The position numbers were made by a program, and so were the translations under genes. Below, piece by piece: positions 25,214 through 35,150 of a stretch of 64,000 nucleotides of DNA; positions within the stretch are counted from its first letter, which is position 1, and every line of letters starts with the position of its first letter. The DNA is from a virus (taxonomy: Duplodnaviria; Caudoviricetes), in IMG/VR virus record IMGVR_UViG_2700988920_000001, positions 13,838 through 77,837 of that record; one strand, given 5' to 3'. The notes beneath the pieces are model-generated. The model worked only from the letters and a program-made list of their open reading frames with translations. It did no database searches and was not told where the DNA came from.

Positions 25214-27343
25214 ATGATAACCGCAATCCGCACTAACAACTTCAAGAAGCTAGAGAACTTCTCAGCCTCTTTCAAAGATGGCACCAACCTAGTGTTTGGC
25301 GAAAACGGCGAAGGCAAATCAACCTGCTTCGACGCTATTCGCTTTGCGCTGTTTGGCTCAAAAGGCGTTGCAGGCACAGTAGACAGTCTGACCACCTGGA
25401 ACAAAGACAAAATGTGGGTAGAGCTGGACATCAACGGCCACACTATCCGTCGCACCTCTTCAAACTGTAAGATCACCAAAGACGACGAGGTTGTCGCTTC
25501 TGGTAACGCACCGTCGATCAAGTACGTTGAAGACATGCTGTCTTGTTCAGTAAAAGACTTTGACTTGCTGTATATGTCGAAGCAGAACGAGACGGCAGGG
25601 CTAATCACCTTCGGCGCTACTGAGCTTAACCGTAAAGTTGAAGAGTATGCAGGCGTAGCCGTGATCGACAAGATCATTAAAGCGCTTGGCAGCGAAATCA
25701 ACGGTTGTCAGATTGCTCTTCAAAGTTTTGAGTTTGAGCCAGTGGACGAACTGAAAGAGAAAGAAGCCAAGCTCAGCGCTGAGATTGCGTCGCTTCGTCC
25801 TATCTACGCCCAATTGACAGAGAAGATGAAGACGCTCAGTGAAGAAGCTAACGCCCTGGCGCAGAAGCTGAAAGATGACCGCAACTTCAATCGAGAGCAA
25901 GACGCTATCGCTGCACAGGCTTCAGATCACAACAGCAAGGTAGAAAAACTACAGGCTCAGATCGAAACGCTTAAGTCTTACTTAGACAAAGCTAACGATA
26001 AGCTGCTAGAAGCCAAGGAAGTCGACGCTGATGAACTTGCTTCAGTAAAAGCAGATTTGGACAAGGTGAAAGCGCTCAACCACGAGCTTTCTCGCTTACC
26101 AGTAGCGTCAGATTTAGCGAAAGAGCTAGAAGCAACTAAAGACTACCTTGAGCAACTTAAAGTCTATGAGGCTGGCGTTCCTGCGTTATTATCGGCAGTA
26201 GAAAAAGCTCAAGCAGTGTATGACGAAGCTCGTGACGCGAATGCTAAAGCGCTGAGTGATTACAAGAAAGCGTGCAAAGAAGCTGAAGACGGTGTGTGCT
26301 ATGGATGTAATCGTCCGTTAGAAGGTCACGATCCTGAAACGGCTAAGGTTCACGCCGAAGAAAAAGCTAAAGCGCTGAACAGCACTAAGTCAGAGATGAC
26401 TACGGCAAAATCTGAACTTGATGACGCCACGGCCAAACTCAACGCGCACTACAAGACTAACCCTGGCAACGGTTGGGAAGAGAAAGTAGCACAGCTAGAA
26501 GCTAAGATCGAAACGACTAAGCTGAATCGAGAGTCGCTAGAGAAGCGTCTAAGCGGCCTGGGTCTGGAAGAAACGCTTGAGAGTAAGTTAACTCAGATGC
26601 GATCTGACCAGAAAGAGTACTCTTTAGCAATCGGTGCGGTGAACTCGGCGCAGGAAGACCTAGACTCAGCCAATGTTCGCATGGACAAGCTGAGAGCGAT
26701 GAACGTAGAGCAACCACAACCTAAGCGCGATACGGCAGAAGACGAGAATAAGCTGACTAAGCTCAACGCCGATCTTAACGACGCTATCACTAAGCAAGGT
26801 GAAGCGAAGACAGAAGGCGTGAAGGCTAAAGAGCGTTTAACGTCTGTTCAGAATCAGTTGTCTGGCGCTGAAGCCAACAACAAGAAAATGGCCGAACTAG
26901 AGAAACAACTAGATTTGGCTAAGCAATTACGCAAGTACCTGAACGAAGAGCGTGTCAAGTTTATGGAAGGTGTGTGGCGCACTATCTTAGGTACAGCATC
27001 ACACTTTATCAACAAGTCGACTGACGGTTGGATCACCTCAGTTGGACGTAACGATAAAGGCGATTTCACATTTACGGAGAATAACTATGAAGCGGTGGCG
27101 AAAGAAAGCGCTAGCGGCGCACAGAAAGCGTTTATTGGTACAGCGATTAAAGTCGGACTAGCTCAAGCTAAGATGGGCTCATCGGCCATGATCATGCTGG
27201 ACGAACCTACAGCGGATATGCGTGATGACCGCGCTTCTCAGTTGGCGGCAGGCTTAATGATGTTGCCAGGTCAGAAGATTATGATCACTCACCGTGATTC
27301 TGAGCGCATGATCGCGCAGAATATCATTCACGTAGGCGAGTAA
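25214..27343 (+). CDS. SbcC/Rad50-like ATPase
   Basis: GENGEGKST, long coiled coil with zinc hook CYGC, ASGAQ signature, LDEPT, ITH. Confidence 0.93.
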   Translation: MITAIRTNNFKKLENFSASFKDGTNLVFGENGEGKSTCFDAIRFALFGSKGVAGTVDSLTTWNKDKMWVELDINGHTIRRTSSNCKITKDDEVVASGNAPSIKYVEDMLSCSVKDFDLLYMSKQNETAGLITFGATELNRKVEEYAGVAVIDKIIKALGSEINGCQIALQSFEFEPVDELKEKEAKLSAEIASLRPIYAQLTEKMKTLSEEANALAQKLKDDRNFNREQDAIAAQASDHNSKVEKLQAQIETLKSYLDKANDKLLEAKEVDADELASVKADLDKVKALNHELSRLPVASDLAKELEATKDYLEQLKVYEAGVPALLSAVEKAQAVYDEARDANAKALSDYKKACKEAEDGVCYGCNRPLEGHDPETAKVHAEEKAKALNSTKSEMTTAKSELDDATAKLNAHYKTNPGNGWEEKVAQLEAKIETTKLNRESLEKRLSGLGLEETLESKLTQMRSDQKEYSLAIGAVNSAQEDLDSANVRMDKLRAMNVEQPQPKRDTAEDENKLTKLNADLNDAITKQGEAKTEGVKAKERLTSVQNQLSGAEANNKKMAELEKQLDLAKQLRKYLNEERVKFMEGVWRTILGTASHFINKSTDGWITSVGRNDKGDFTFTENNYEAVAKESASGAQKAFIGTAIKVGLAQAKMGSSAMIMLDEPTADMRDDRASQLAAGLMMLPGQKIMITHRDSERMIAQNIIHVGE

Positions 27344-27353
27344 ATTAATGGGT

Positions 27354-27368
27354 TTGGTCTGAGACCAA
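27354..27368. repeat. 15-bp palindrome copy 7 (extends to 21 bp)
   Basis: GGTTTGGTCTGAGACCAAACC 27351-27371, intergenic. Confidence 0.95.
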
Positions 27369-27389
27369 ACCTTTATTTTTGGAGACACT

Positions 27390-28037
27390 ATGAAAACAAG
27401 ACTAATTGGACTAACTGGCCTGGCCGGACATGGCAAAACAGACGTAGCGAACCTACTGGCAGAAAAGACAGGCTTCATGAAAATCGCTCTTGCCGATCCA
27501 GTAAAACGTGCAGCAGCAGGTATTTACGGACTGCCTGTAGAAGTGTTCTATGAAGGTGGAAGTCAGAACCCAGAATTCTGCCGCAACACTACAGTTATCG
27601 AACCTTACGGCCTGACAGTACGTCAGATGATGCGCGGAGTTGGCGACGCTATGAAGACGCAACACGGGGGCGACTTCTGGATTAACATCACCAAGTGTGA
27701 GGTCCAACGTCACCTGGAAGCAGACCCTAATATCGCTGGCTTCATCATCGAAGATGTTCGCTACGATAAAGACAATCCTTGGGGACCGTCAGGCAGTGAG
27801 TACGACGCGGTAAAATCTTGGGGTGCTAAAATCATCCACGTAGACGCTGCTGATCGTATTGGTCGTACTGATGTTCACAACTCTCACTGCTCAGAGAAAG
27901 GAGTTAACCGACTTGAAGATGACATCGTTATCGACAATAATGGCGCTCTAGACAATTTACCAGGCATCATCGACATGATTGTGTCTGACCTTCGACTAAA
28001 CACCCAACCAGTTACACAGGAAACACAAAATGACTAA
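27390..28037 (+). CDS. Deoxynucleoside monophosphate kinase
   Basis: GLTGLAGHGKT, ALADPVK, IIEDVRY, HCSE. Confidence 0.88.
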   Translation: MKTRLIGLTGLAGHGKTDVANLLAEKTGFMKIALADPVKRAAAGIYGLPVEVFYEGGSQNPEFCRNTTVIEPYGLTVRQMMRGVGDAMKTQHGGDFWINITKCEVQRHLEADPNIAGFIIEDVRYDKDNPWGPSGSEYDAVKSWGAKIIHVDAADRIGRTDVHNSHCSEKGVNRLEDDIVIDNNGALDNLPGIIDMIVSDLRLNTQPVTQETQND

Positions 28038-28425
28038 ATTAAAGCTAAACCCAGAACACCAATCAGCAGTAGTAGCAGGATTTGCTGAGTTTGTTGAGAC
28101 AGTTGACCTCGGAAAATATCAGTCGCTTCAGCCTAATCGCGGCCGAGTACTGATTAAAAAGTACAAAGACGATCCGAAAGAAAACACAAGCGAAGGCGGT
28201 ATCGTTCTTAGCGGCGAAACTCAAGACGCTATGGAAGTTGGCGTGGTAGTGGCAGTTGGCGAAGGTCTGCTGACAAACACAGGAGCGGCTACTGATCTAG
28301 GTTACGCACCTGGCGACGTCGTTTTCATCCCTGAACACTTCGGCCATGACTTCCAATTCGGTGCAGATCGAGAGACGGTTCTTTCAATTCTAGCTTCGGA
28401 TATCATCGCCAAACTGAAACAGTAA
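28030..28425 (+). CDS. groES: GroES-like co-chaperonin
   Basis: LQPNRGRVLIK, TSEGGIVL, GVVVAVGEG, GDVV, SDIIA. Confidence 0.88.
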   Translation: MTKLKLNPEHQSAVVAGFAEFVETVDLGKYQSLQPNRGRVLIKKYKDDPKENTSEGGIVLSGETQDAMEVGVVVAVGEGLLTNTGAATDLGYAPGDVVFIPEHFGHDFQFGADRETVLSILASDIIAKLKQ

Positions 28426-28457
28426 TTGCGATCTAAGTATAAAGTGCTAAATTTATG

Positions 28458-28484
28458 GCCCCGACGTAACAGTCGGGGCTTTTT
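28458..28484 (+). terminator. Intrinsic terminator
   Basis: GCCCCGAC-gtaaca-GTCGGGGC-TTTTT. Confidence 0.85.
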
Positions 28485-28545
28485 CGTATGTCAGACCTGT
28501 GTAAGAATAGTGTCGCCCCTACAATGCAGACGGAGGTAGTTTTAT

Positions 28546-28917
28546 ATGGGTGGTGAAAACGATTCACAAGAACTTGCCATCGTTCGCAATGATTTGAAGC
28601 ACTTAGGAAGAAACCACGACAAGTTAGGACAGAAGGTTGACAGCATAGACGAGAAGATTGAGAAAATTTTCTCTTATATGGCTGCTCAGCAAATCCTTAA
28701 CGAAAACGCAGAGAAAGAGCGAGAGCGTATATTCAAAGCGTCTACCATGTTGCCAGTGGCTATCCTAACTTCAGTTATTTCGAGCGGAGTTAGTTACTTA
28801 ATGACCAAAGCACCAACCCAGAATGCACCCACCCCACAAAGTCAAACGTACATTATCCCCAACAGAGAACAGAAGCAGTTCGACGAGCTGCGAGTGCAAA
28901 CTAATGAAGGCCCGTAA
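28546..28917 (+). CDS. Coiled-coil plus single-TM protein (possible holin-like)
   Basis: N-terminal coiled coil followed by a hydrophobic segment; GGAGG RBS. Confidence 0.5.
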   Translation: MGGENDSQELAIVRNDLKHLGRNHDKLGQKVDSIDEKIEKIFSYMAAQQILNENAEKERERIFKASTMLPVAILTSVISSGVSYLMTKAPTQNAPTPQSQTYIIPNREQKQFDELRVQTNEGP

Positions 28918-28929
28918 AGGGCCTTTTTT
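28907..28929. terminator. Terminator between convergent operons
   Basis: AAGGCCC-gtaaa-GGGCCTTTTTT. Confidence 0.7.
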
Positions 28930-28930
28930 A

Positions 28931-30064
28931 TTAGTAGTCGTCAAAGTAATCTGTGCCGTATATAAACGGTTGACCTAGGTCATCTCCGGTAGTTCCAAAC
29001 CACCCAAACCTTGTGATGGTTACAGAAGGTGCAGTATTTACTCTTGATAATGTGCCAGAAGTCCACGTACCGTCTTGTTGCAGCCATACAGAAGTAGGCA
29101 GTGCTTCGTTCTCTATGACGGATATGCCGAGGTCTCTTCCTATCAACATAGGGTGGTTTGACATGTCCTGAGCGCTAAGCTTGTCCCCGGCGGCTTCTCC
29201 CATTTTATTAGCTGAAGGCGGATTACCTGGCACTGTTGGAGTTGGGTTTGTTAGTGTACGTCTAGTTATCAACGGAGGCCTTGAAGTGTGCATTATGCAC
29301 TCTCCTCTTCGGTTGTATAACGCCATACCGTAGCCTGACACAGGGTCAGGATTTTTAGCGAATGCAGCTAATCTAACCACTCCTGATCTAGGAGTAGTCT
29401 CATTTAGCCAATTGTTAGAAGTCCAGTCTGTATTCCAGTACCCGCCAGTACGGTAAAGACTTATATGCCACGTCCCTCCGCTTGAGAACACATAAGTAGA
29501 TAGACAGTTGTAGCCACTATCAGACACAAAAACAACAGGAGCCGGGCTCGAAGTAGATAAGCCTGTGTTATACGTTTTAGATTTTCCGGCTCCGATCGAC
29601 CTGTCTGTGAACTTGAACACCAGAGCTGCGACACTAGAGTCTTGGTTAATGGCTGCGTTAATGCCAGCAGGGTCATTCATCACGGCCAGGCCGTAACCAC
29701 TTATAGAGGATGGAGGGAGGGTAGCAAATATATAGAACCTGATCGTTTTACCAAGATTAGGGCTAGATGAAGAGATGTATCGCCAAGTAGCCATAGCCAC
29801 GTTTACTGTATTCCCTTCTACCCAGCAACGAACGCTGTACATGTCTAGGTTTGATCCGCTTCCTCCGTTTGTTTTAGAAGTTTGTGTATCTGCATACGCG
29901 TACAGTTTTGCCCCAGAAGGAACATTAGCCATAGTTACCGAGGTAGGGGTTTTGTCAGATCTAGTAACAAAATCAACGTACCCTAAATACACAGGAGGGT
30001 ACCAGCCAGAAGATATGTCTATGTCAGGGTATCCGTCAAAGTTTATTTTAAGTCCGTAACTCAT
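28931..30064 (-). CDS. Tail-tip associated / receptor-binding protein
   Basis: Follows the central fibre; repeated SYGL / SGYGLAV / SGYGMAL modules. Confidence 0.7.
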   Translation of the reverse strand: MSYGLKINFDGYPDIDISSGWYPPVYLGYVDFVTRSDKTPTSVTMANVPSGAKLYAYADTQTSKTNGGSGSNLDMYSVRCWVEGNTVNVAMATWRYISSSSPNLGKTIRFYIFATLPPSSISGYGLAVMNDPAGINAAINQDSSVAALVFKFTDRSIGAGKSKTYNTGLSTSSPAPVVFVSDSGYNCLSTYVFSSGGTWHISLYRTGGYWNTDWTSNNWLNETTPRSGVVRLAAFAKNPDPVSGYGMALYNRRGECIMHTSRPPLITRRTLTNPTPTVPGNPPSANKMGEAAGDKLSAQDMSNHPMLIGRDLGISVIENEALPTSVWLQQDGTWTSGTLSRVNTAPSVTITRFGWFGTTGDDLGQPFIYGTDYFDDY

Positions 30065-33000
30065 GATAATTTTCCAAGTACTACACGAAGTAGACTACCT
30101 TCGTAAACTCGAACAGCGTCCGCAGTTATCTCTAGCCTGCTGCCAGTCTTTCCGTGATTAAGTCTAAGTCTGTCGGTGTCGATAGTTCCGTCAGTGCCTA
30201 TTCTGGTATGGTGACCTTCATACGGCGCGCCACTTTCTGGACCAAACAAACCTTTACCACCTTTTACTGTAGAGCCTATAACCTCAACGCCTTCAACCGT
30301 ACCGCCTTTAATTACAGGGGAGGTGATCAGAGAGTTAGCTCTTATCTCATTAGCGACTATAATGCCGCTGCCTACTTTAACGATTGAAGGAGAGTAGATG
30401 TGGGTATCAACTATGTTAGCGTTAGGCCAAGTAATGCTTTGGAGTGCTAGTGTCCTAGCGTCAGCCCCTAGCTTTATGACGTAAGTTGAGTTAATGGCTT
30501 TAGGTACTGAGTTTACGTCTGCAGAAGCTCCCACTATATATGAGACTAAATGGCGCCAACCGTTTACAACTGAGCCAGCCCAGAAGTCTGGGCTCGGGGT
30601 AGTGTCTGCTTTTGCTAGCGTGTCAAAGTGGTATCTGTCTGAGACTACCTCAGAGTTAGCAGAGTTATATGCTTTCAGTCTGAGGGCGGTTTTAACTCCC
30701 TGAGATGTCTGACCGCTGTAGTAAGAGAACCGAACTTCGTATATAGCGTTGTGGTCTACTGTGAACTTATCAGACTTAAGCTCTCTGTACGCTGTCGGAC
30801 TGTTTACAAACTTAAGGGTTCTGGCTTTCTTTCCGTTAAGACTTATTGCTTCTGATAAGACTGCGCTAGGAGGTAAGAGCCATCCTCTAGTATCACCAAA
30901 CTCACTGAAGTTATTGATAGGTGAGACTACTGTTACCGCTATCTTGTCTGCTGTGATAGCATTTGCAGCTATTTTCTCTGCTGTGATTGCTCCGGCAAGA
31001 ATCTTACTGGCGGTGATGGCGTTAGCGGCTATCTGTGTTGCAGTAACAGCACCAGCGGCTATCTTTGCTGTAGTCACTGCGTTAGCTATTATCTTGTCAG
31101 AAGTCACTGCATTGGCAGTTAGTTTAGGTGTGCTGATAGCGCCGTCAGCTATGTTAGTACCGGTGACTTTGTCTCCTGGCTTAAACAAAACATCGCTAGG
31201 CTTAACCAAATCAGCGGAGCCGTCAGGAAGCTTACCCTGTGCGAGATTGTCTAAAATGTCTTGGTCTTCGGGAGAAATGAACTCGCCAATACGGATGAAC
31301 GTGTAATCAAGAGGATTTAAACTAGGGGTTTCAGTACCTTTATTGTATGCACGCCCTTCAAAGTGGTGGATAGCCGGATTGTAAGTCTTGCTTATGTCTG
31401 CCCCAAATGCATCAGAGGCATAAACAACCCAGGTATACTGCCCAGGTATCTGATCTTTAATAAAGTCGTAGATGTCATCTGGGTTGTCTGTAGTCTTAGC
31501 GGAGTAAGGTCCGTACAACTCTGAGAACGTGGCGCTATTAGTCACCTGAACATAATACTTGTAAGCCGTATTAGGTATTAATCCCACATCAACATAAGTT
31601 ACGCCTTGACCTAAGAGTGTGACGTCTGTAGGGCTTGGGTTGTTGACGTTATTAGCTCTGTAAAACAAGAACGTAGTGTTGCTAGGGAGTATGCCGCTAA
31701 CTTTAGGGATGATGTTCATCTCAAAGTTGTCAGCTTCGAACACTACGTTAGTGATAGGTTTAGTAGAACCAATATCTGCTTGTATAGATACAGGAGCTGA
31801 AGGCGCTCCGTAAATATTGTAACCAATTACGGTTATGTTGTAGTCAGACTTAGGCATGTTATCCAAGTAAAGTTCTAAAGCTTTCCCTGGCTGGTATTTG
31901 AATATTTGTCCGTCAGTAGACGTGACAACAACTTCAAATTCTCTAACATTGTCTATATCAGGATGAGACCAAAGAAGAAGACCATCATAGACACCATCGT
32001 CCAAGAACGGCTGGAAGATCAGATTTTGCACAGGGTGGCAGAATTTAGGGTCAGGTATGTTAGTTGACGGTGGTTTAGGGGTAACAACAGCCACTGCATC
32101 ATCAAATATTTCTGCCGCAGTCTGTTTAAGAACCAACTCGATACCTTTACCGTCTGTCAACTTCCAAGAGGCAACTTCGAACTCTAACTGGTCATATCCA
32201 AACTCTTTCTCGTCGAAGCGTACAGGAAGACCAGCGTTGAACTTAAACCCTCTCAAGTTCATAGGGACTGTGACAGTTAGACCATATCTGTTCTCTTTAA
32301 GTACGATGTTAGCGAGGCGATAAGCCTGATGTGGGTTTAGGACGTACTCAAGGTCTAAGTCTTTTGTAAGCTCTTCTCCGTCTTCTGCCACGTAATCAGG
32401 GTGGGTCACAGGCTCAAAGTCTACTTGTTGGTAGAAGTTGTTAGGGTCTAAATGCTGCCCTTTCACCGTATTTATTCGATCGCCTAACGGGGTATCTGGG
32501 ACTATTTGTATAGGACCGTTAAGGTCTGAAAGCTTTACAACTTGGTCTTGCGGTGCTGGTCCTCTGTACGCTGCAACGTGCAAATGGTACTGGCCGTTGG
32601 TGTACAACAACTTACCTCCGCATGCAGCAAGCATCTTGTTCATGATGTTTTCGTACGACTCGTCAAAGTCGTAGATGCCGTCTATTGCGTAGCGGATAGG
32701 GACAGCAGGAGTAGGTGCAGAAGGATCATCAGGATCTGGCGCAGGCTGCTCAGAGTACATCAGTTCGCCACAAACTGAATATGCGTCTCTGAATGATAGT
32801 GTGTTGATCTCACTCTCTTTAGCTCTGAAGTGATGACGAAGAAAGTGGTATACCACAGCAGCGGCATTGTTTGTGAAGCCTTTAAACATAGGAGTGTCAA
32901 GCTTCATCCCTTGCACCAAACACTTTATATTAGGCAGGCCGTTAGGGAAGTGCTCAGCGCTATGGCGCAGTGCTACATGCACAAAAGTTACACCTTTGCC

Positions 33001-33543
33001 TACCATTTTATCCGTCCATGACGGGACATCGGTAAGCATCTTAGGAAGGTCGGCAACACTTTGCTGATCGCCTTTAATTACGTTTATCTTCCAATACTCG
33101 TGATCCCAGTTGTCTTGTTTGTCGTCACCAAAGTAAACCTCAACGACATCTTCACAAGGGTGGCACGCTAAAGGTATTACAAGGTGCAAGTACTTGTTTG
33201 TTTTGGTTACCGTACGAGTTCTTTTCTCACAATGCTTGCCGCCGTGGTAGTAAGTGCAGTGCTCGTACTCTTCCTGAACATCTATCGAGTTGCTGTACTC
33301 TTCAGCGAACAGCATAGGTCCGCCAACCATTGCAGTGCCTACTATTGCCCTGAATGGCTGGTTAGGCGATCGTATGGTCTGCTTGGCGTTTGATGGGCTT
33401 GTGCCTGGAGTTTTTGGGATGTCCATAGTAGCAACAGCATACAACCCAGCAGCGGCCATACCGATTGCTACTGCGGTTAGAAGTGTAGCACCTGCTACCG
33501 AAGCAGCTACGCCTACGGCTACACCGATTATCACTGGTGGCAT
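30061..33543 (-). CDS. Central tail fibre / tip attachment protein (gpJ-like)
   Basis: Tal-like N-terminus (FPNGLPNI, RINTVKG), FN3-like domains, 10-aa KIxAxA(V/I)T repeats, C-terminal LRVVLGKL. Confidence 0.88.
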   Translation of the reverse strand: MPPVIIGVAVGVAASVAGATLLTAVAIGMAAAGLYAVATMDIPKTPGTSPSNAKQTIRSPNQPFRAIVGTAMVGGPMLFAEEYSNSIDVQEEYEHCTYYHGGKHCEKRTRTVTKTNKYLHLVIPLACHPCEDVVEVYFGDDKQDNWDHEYWKINVIKGDQQSVADLPKMLTDVPSWTDKMVGKGVTFVHVALRHSAEHFPNGLPNIKCLVQGMKLDTPMFKGFTNNAAAVVYHFLRHHFRAKESEINTLSFRDAYSVCGELMYSEQPAPDPDDPSAPTPAVPIRYAIDGIYDFDESYENIMNKMLAACGGKLLYTNGQYHLHVAAYRGPAPQDQVVKLSDLNGPIQIVPDTPLGDRINTVKGQHLDPNNFYQQVDFEPVTHPDYVAEDGEELTKDLDLEYVLNPHQAYRLANIVLKENRYGLTVTVPMNLRGFKFNAGLPVRFDEKEFGYDQLEFEVASWKLTDGKGIELVLKQTAAEIFDDAVAVVTPKPPSTNIPDPKFCHPVQNLIFQPFLDDGVYDGLLLWSHPDIDNVREFEVVVTSTDGQIFKYQPGKALELYLDNMPKSDYNITVIGYNIYGAPSAPVSIQADIGSTKPITNVVFEADNFEMNIIPKVSGILPSNTTFLFYRANNVNNPSPTDVTLLGQGVTYVDVGLIPNTAYKYYVQVTNSATFSELYGPYSAKTTDNPDDIYDFIKDQIPGQYTWVVYASDAFGADISKTYNPAIHHFEGRAYNKGTETPSLNPLDYTFIRIGEFISPEDQDILDNLAQGKLPDGSADLVKPSDVLFKPGDKVTGTNIADGAISTPKLTANAVTSDKIIANAVTTAKIAAGAVTATQIAANAITASKILAGAITAEKIAANAITADKIAVTVVSPINNFSEFGDTRGWLLPPSAVLSEAISLNGKKARTLKFVNSPTAYRELKSDKFTVDHNAIYEVRFSYYSGQTSQGVKTALRLKAYNSANSEVVSDRYHFDTLAKADTTPSPDFWAGSVVNGWRHLVSYIVGASADVNSVPKAINSTYVIKLGADARTLALQSITWPNANIVDTHIYSPSIVKVGSGIIVANEIRANSLITSPVIKGGTVEGVEVIGSTVKGGKGLFGPESGAPYEGHHTRIGTDGTIDTDRLRLNHGKTGSRLEITADAVRVYEGSLLRVVLGKLS

Positions 33544-33947
33544 TACTCAACCCTCCAAGTACAGATCACTTTATCCATAGTCAGTGCAACCATGCCGTTT
33601 TCTCCCATAGCCCAAGCGCGAGTACTAAACAAAATAGCCAAAGACTCACCAGCTTCAGTTTTAACCAAGGCTAGATCGCCGCGCCCGGCTTCTTCTACTG
33701 GTATTTCAGTCATCATAGTGTCAATTGTTGACTTTATATCGCCTTGGCCGTAAGTTTTTAGCGCTCGCTTGGATCCAAGAAGAGTTTTGTATTTTCCACG
33801 GAAATCTTCAGCGATGTCAAAGCCTGCATACAAATTAACGATGTCTGCAACGGCAAGGCAGCAGTCTTTCTTTCCCCACTCGAAAGGGATATTGGAATGT
33901 TCTTTTATTTGGTCTGCAATAACTCTAGGCCAGTTTTGAATTCTCAT
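33543..33947 (-). CDS. Tail-associated NlpC/P60-like protein
   Basis: FEWGKKDCC, FRGKY, RGDLAL. Confidence 0.8.
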   Translation of the reverse strand: MRIQNWPRVIADQIKEHSNIPFEWGKKDCCLAVADIVNLYAGFDIAEDFRGKYKTLLGSKRALKTYGQGDIKSTIDTMMTEIPVEEAGRGDLALVKTEAGESLAILFSTRAWAMGENGMVALTMDKVICTWRVE

Positions 33948-34534
33948 TATTGATCTTCTCTCGGAACAAGTGGAACACTTTGCTTATCGCTTCCCCAGTA
34001 AAGGTCTCGTTCTGACATTTGAGCTACGTACTGACAGAAGTAGTCTCCAGGATTTATCGACCTGAAGCTCTCGTCTGTGTATCGTTCAGGTCTGCTTTTA
34101 GCCCAGTCCGCCGTTTTGCTTACAGCCTGAACTAAAACTTCTTCATTTCCGTATCGGCTTATAGCTACAGAAGATACCCTGCCTTGGAAGTATGAAGCTG
34201 CGTTGATAAGTTGACCTTTGCCATCTAGAGCACCGTAAAACAGTTCAACTTCTCTGTTTATAACGTTTTTAGTCACAACCTCAGTAAGTGTCTTAGGGTC
34301 TATGCCTGACAACCCTAAAGTCACTGAGTGTGAACCTATGTTAGAGTCTGAGGTTACATCACCTACTTTACCGAAGTAGCCTACGCCTGACCATATCTTA
34401 TTATTAAAGCTTATGTCGCCAATACCAGTGTGGGCGTAAACAGCCCCGCCAGGCCAATCTATGTAGACCAGCCTGACAGGTTCAACAACTTCTTGCTCTA
34501 GAGCATTAAGTAAGTCTTGATCGATTAAGTACAT
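33947..34534 (-). CDS. Minor tail protein (tail tip)
   Basis: HTGIG...WSGVG; RYTDE; synteny. Confidence 0.75.
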   Translation of the reverse strand: MYLIDQDLLNALEQEVVEPVRLVYIDWPGGAVYAHTGIGDISFNNKIWSGVGYFGKVGDVTSDSNIGSHSVTLGLSGIDPKTLTEVVTKNVINREVELFYGALDGKGQLINAASYFQGRVSSVAISRYGNEEVLVQAVSKTADWAKSRPERYTDESFRSINPGDYFCQYVAQMSERDLYWGSDKQSVPLVPREDQ

Positions 34535-35139
34535 CAGTTAACTACCTCCAAACACTCGAAGCTGAAACCGTTACTCATGTCACGACTGCTTCGTTTACCC
34601 TGCTTGTCGTCTTTTAGTCGACAGATCACACTAAAGTCGTCATAAACTACGGACGCGTTATTTGCTGGAGCTCTTAGCATTCGCGGCTGGAACTCCAGCT
34701 GAGCCTTACCTAAAGAATCTGATCTTACTTCCACAGTAATCATGTGTAGACGGTCTGAAATCTTAACGTAATCTCCAGGCTTGAATATTACGCGATTAGT
34801 AGGGCAATCCTTTATTTTGCATATATTCCCTACGTTATCGCTGCCATCTACAGTAGGCCTGCCGCTTATGGACCCTCTACGCTCAAAAAAGGCAAAGTCT
34901 TTTGCGTAGAACTTACCAACTACACCTTTAAGTGACACTAGAAATGCCTGTAGATCTTTGGCTTGGTCTTGTTCTAGATCGTCGTAAGAGAATTTTAGGA
35001 CCCAGCGTTCGCCGGGTCTTCGTTCTATCTGCTCTGAGTTGTCGTATGGAGACTGGTAAATAGTGTTGTTAAACTCTAAATTCATCTCCATAGACGTAGG
35101 GTATAGGTCATCAGGCAAATATCTTATTGGGTCTGCCAC
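34534..35139 (-). CDS. Distal tail protein
   Basis: QSPY...PGERW...FLVSLKG; directly after the tape measure gene. Confidence 0.75.
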   Translation of the reverse strand: MADPIRYLPDDLYPTSMEMNLEFNNTIYQSPYDNSEQIERRPGERWVLKFSYDDLEQDQAKDLQAFLVSLKGVVGKFYAKDFAFFERRGSISGRPTVDGSDNVGNICKIKDCPTNRVIFKPGDYVKISDRLHMITVEVRSDSLGKAQLEFQPRMLRAPANNASVVYDDFSVICRLKDDKQGKRSSRDMSNGFSFECLEVVN

Positions 35140-35150
35140 AGCGTAGCTCC

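Noticed and set aside
30749-31306. 185-aa hydrophobic plus-strand ORF and the many other antisense ORFs in the track
   Set aside because: Shadows of real genes on the opposite strand (here the KIxAxAVT repeats)
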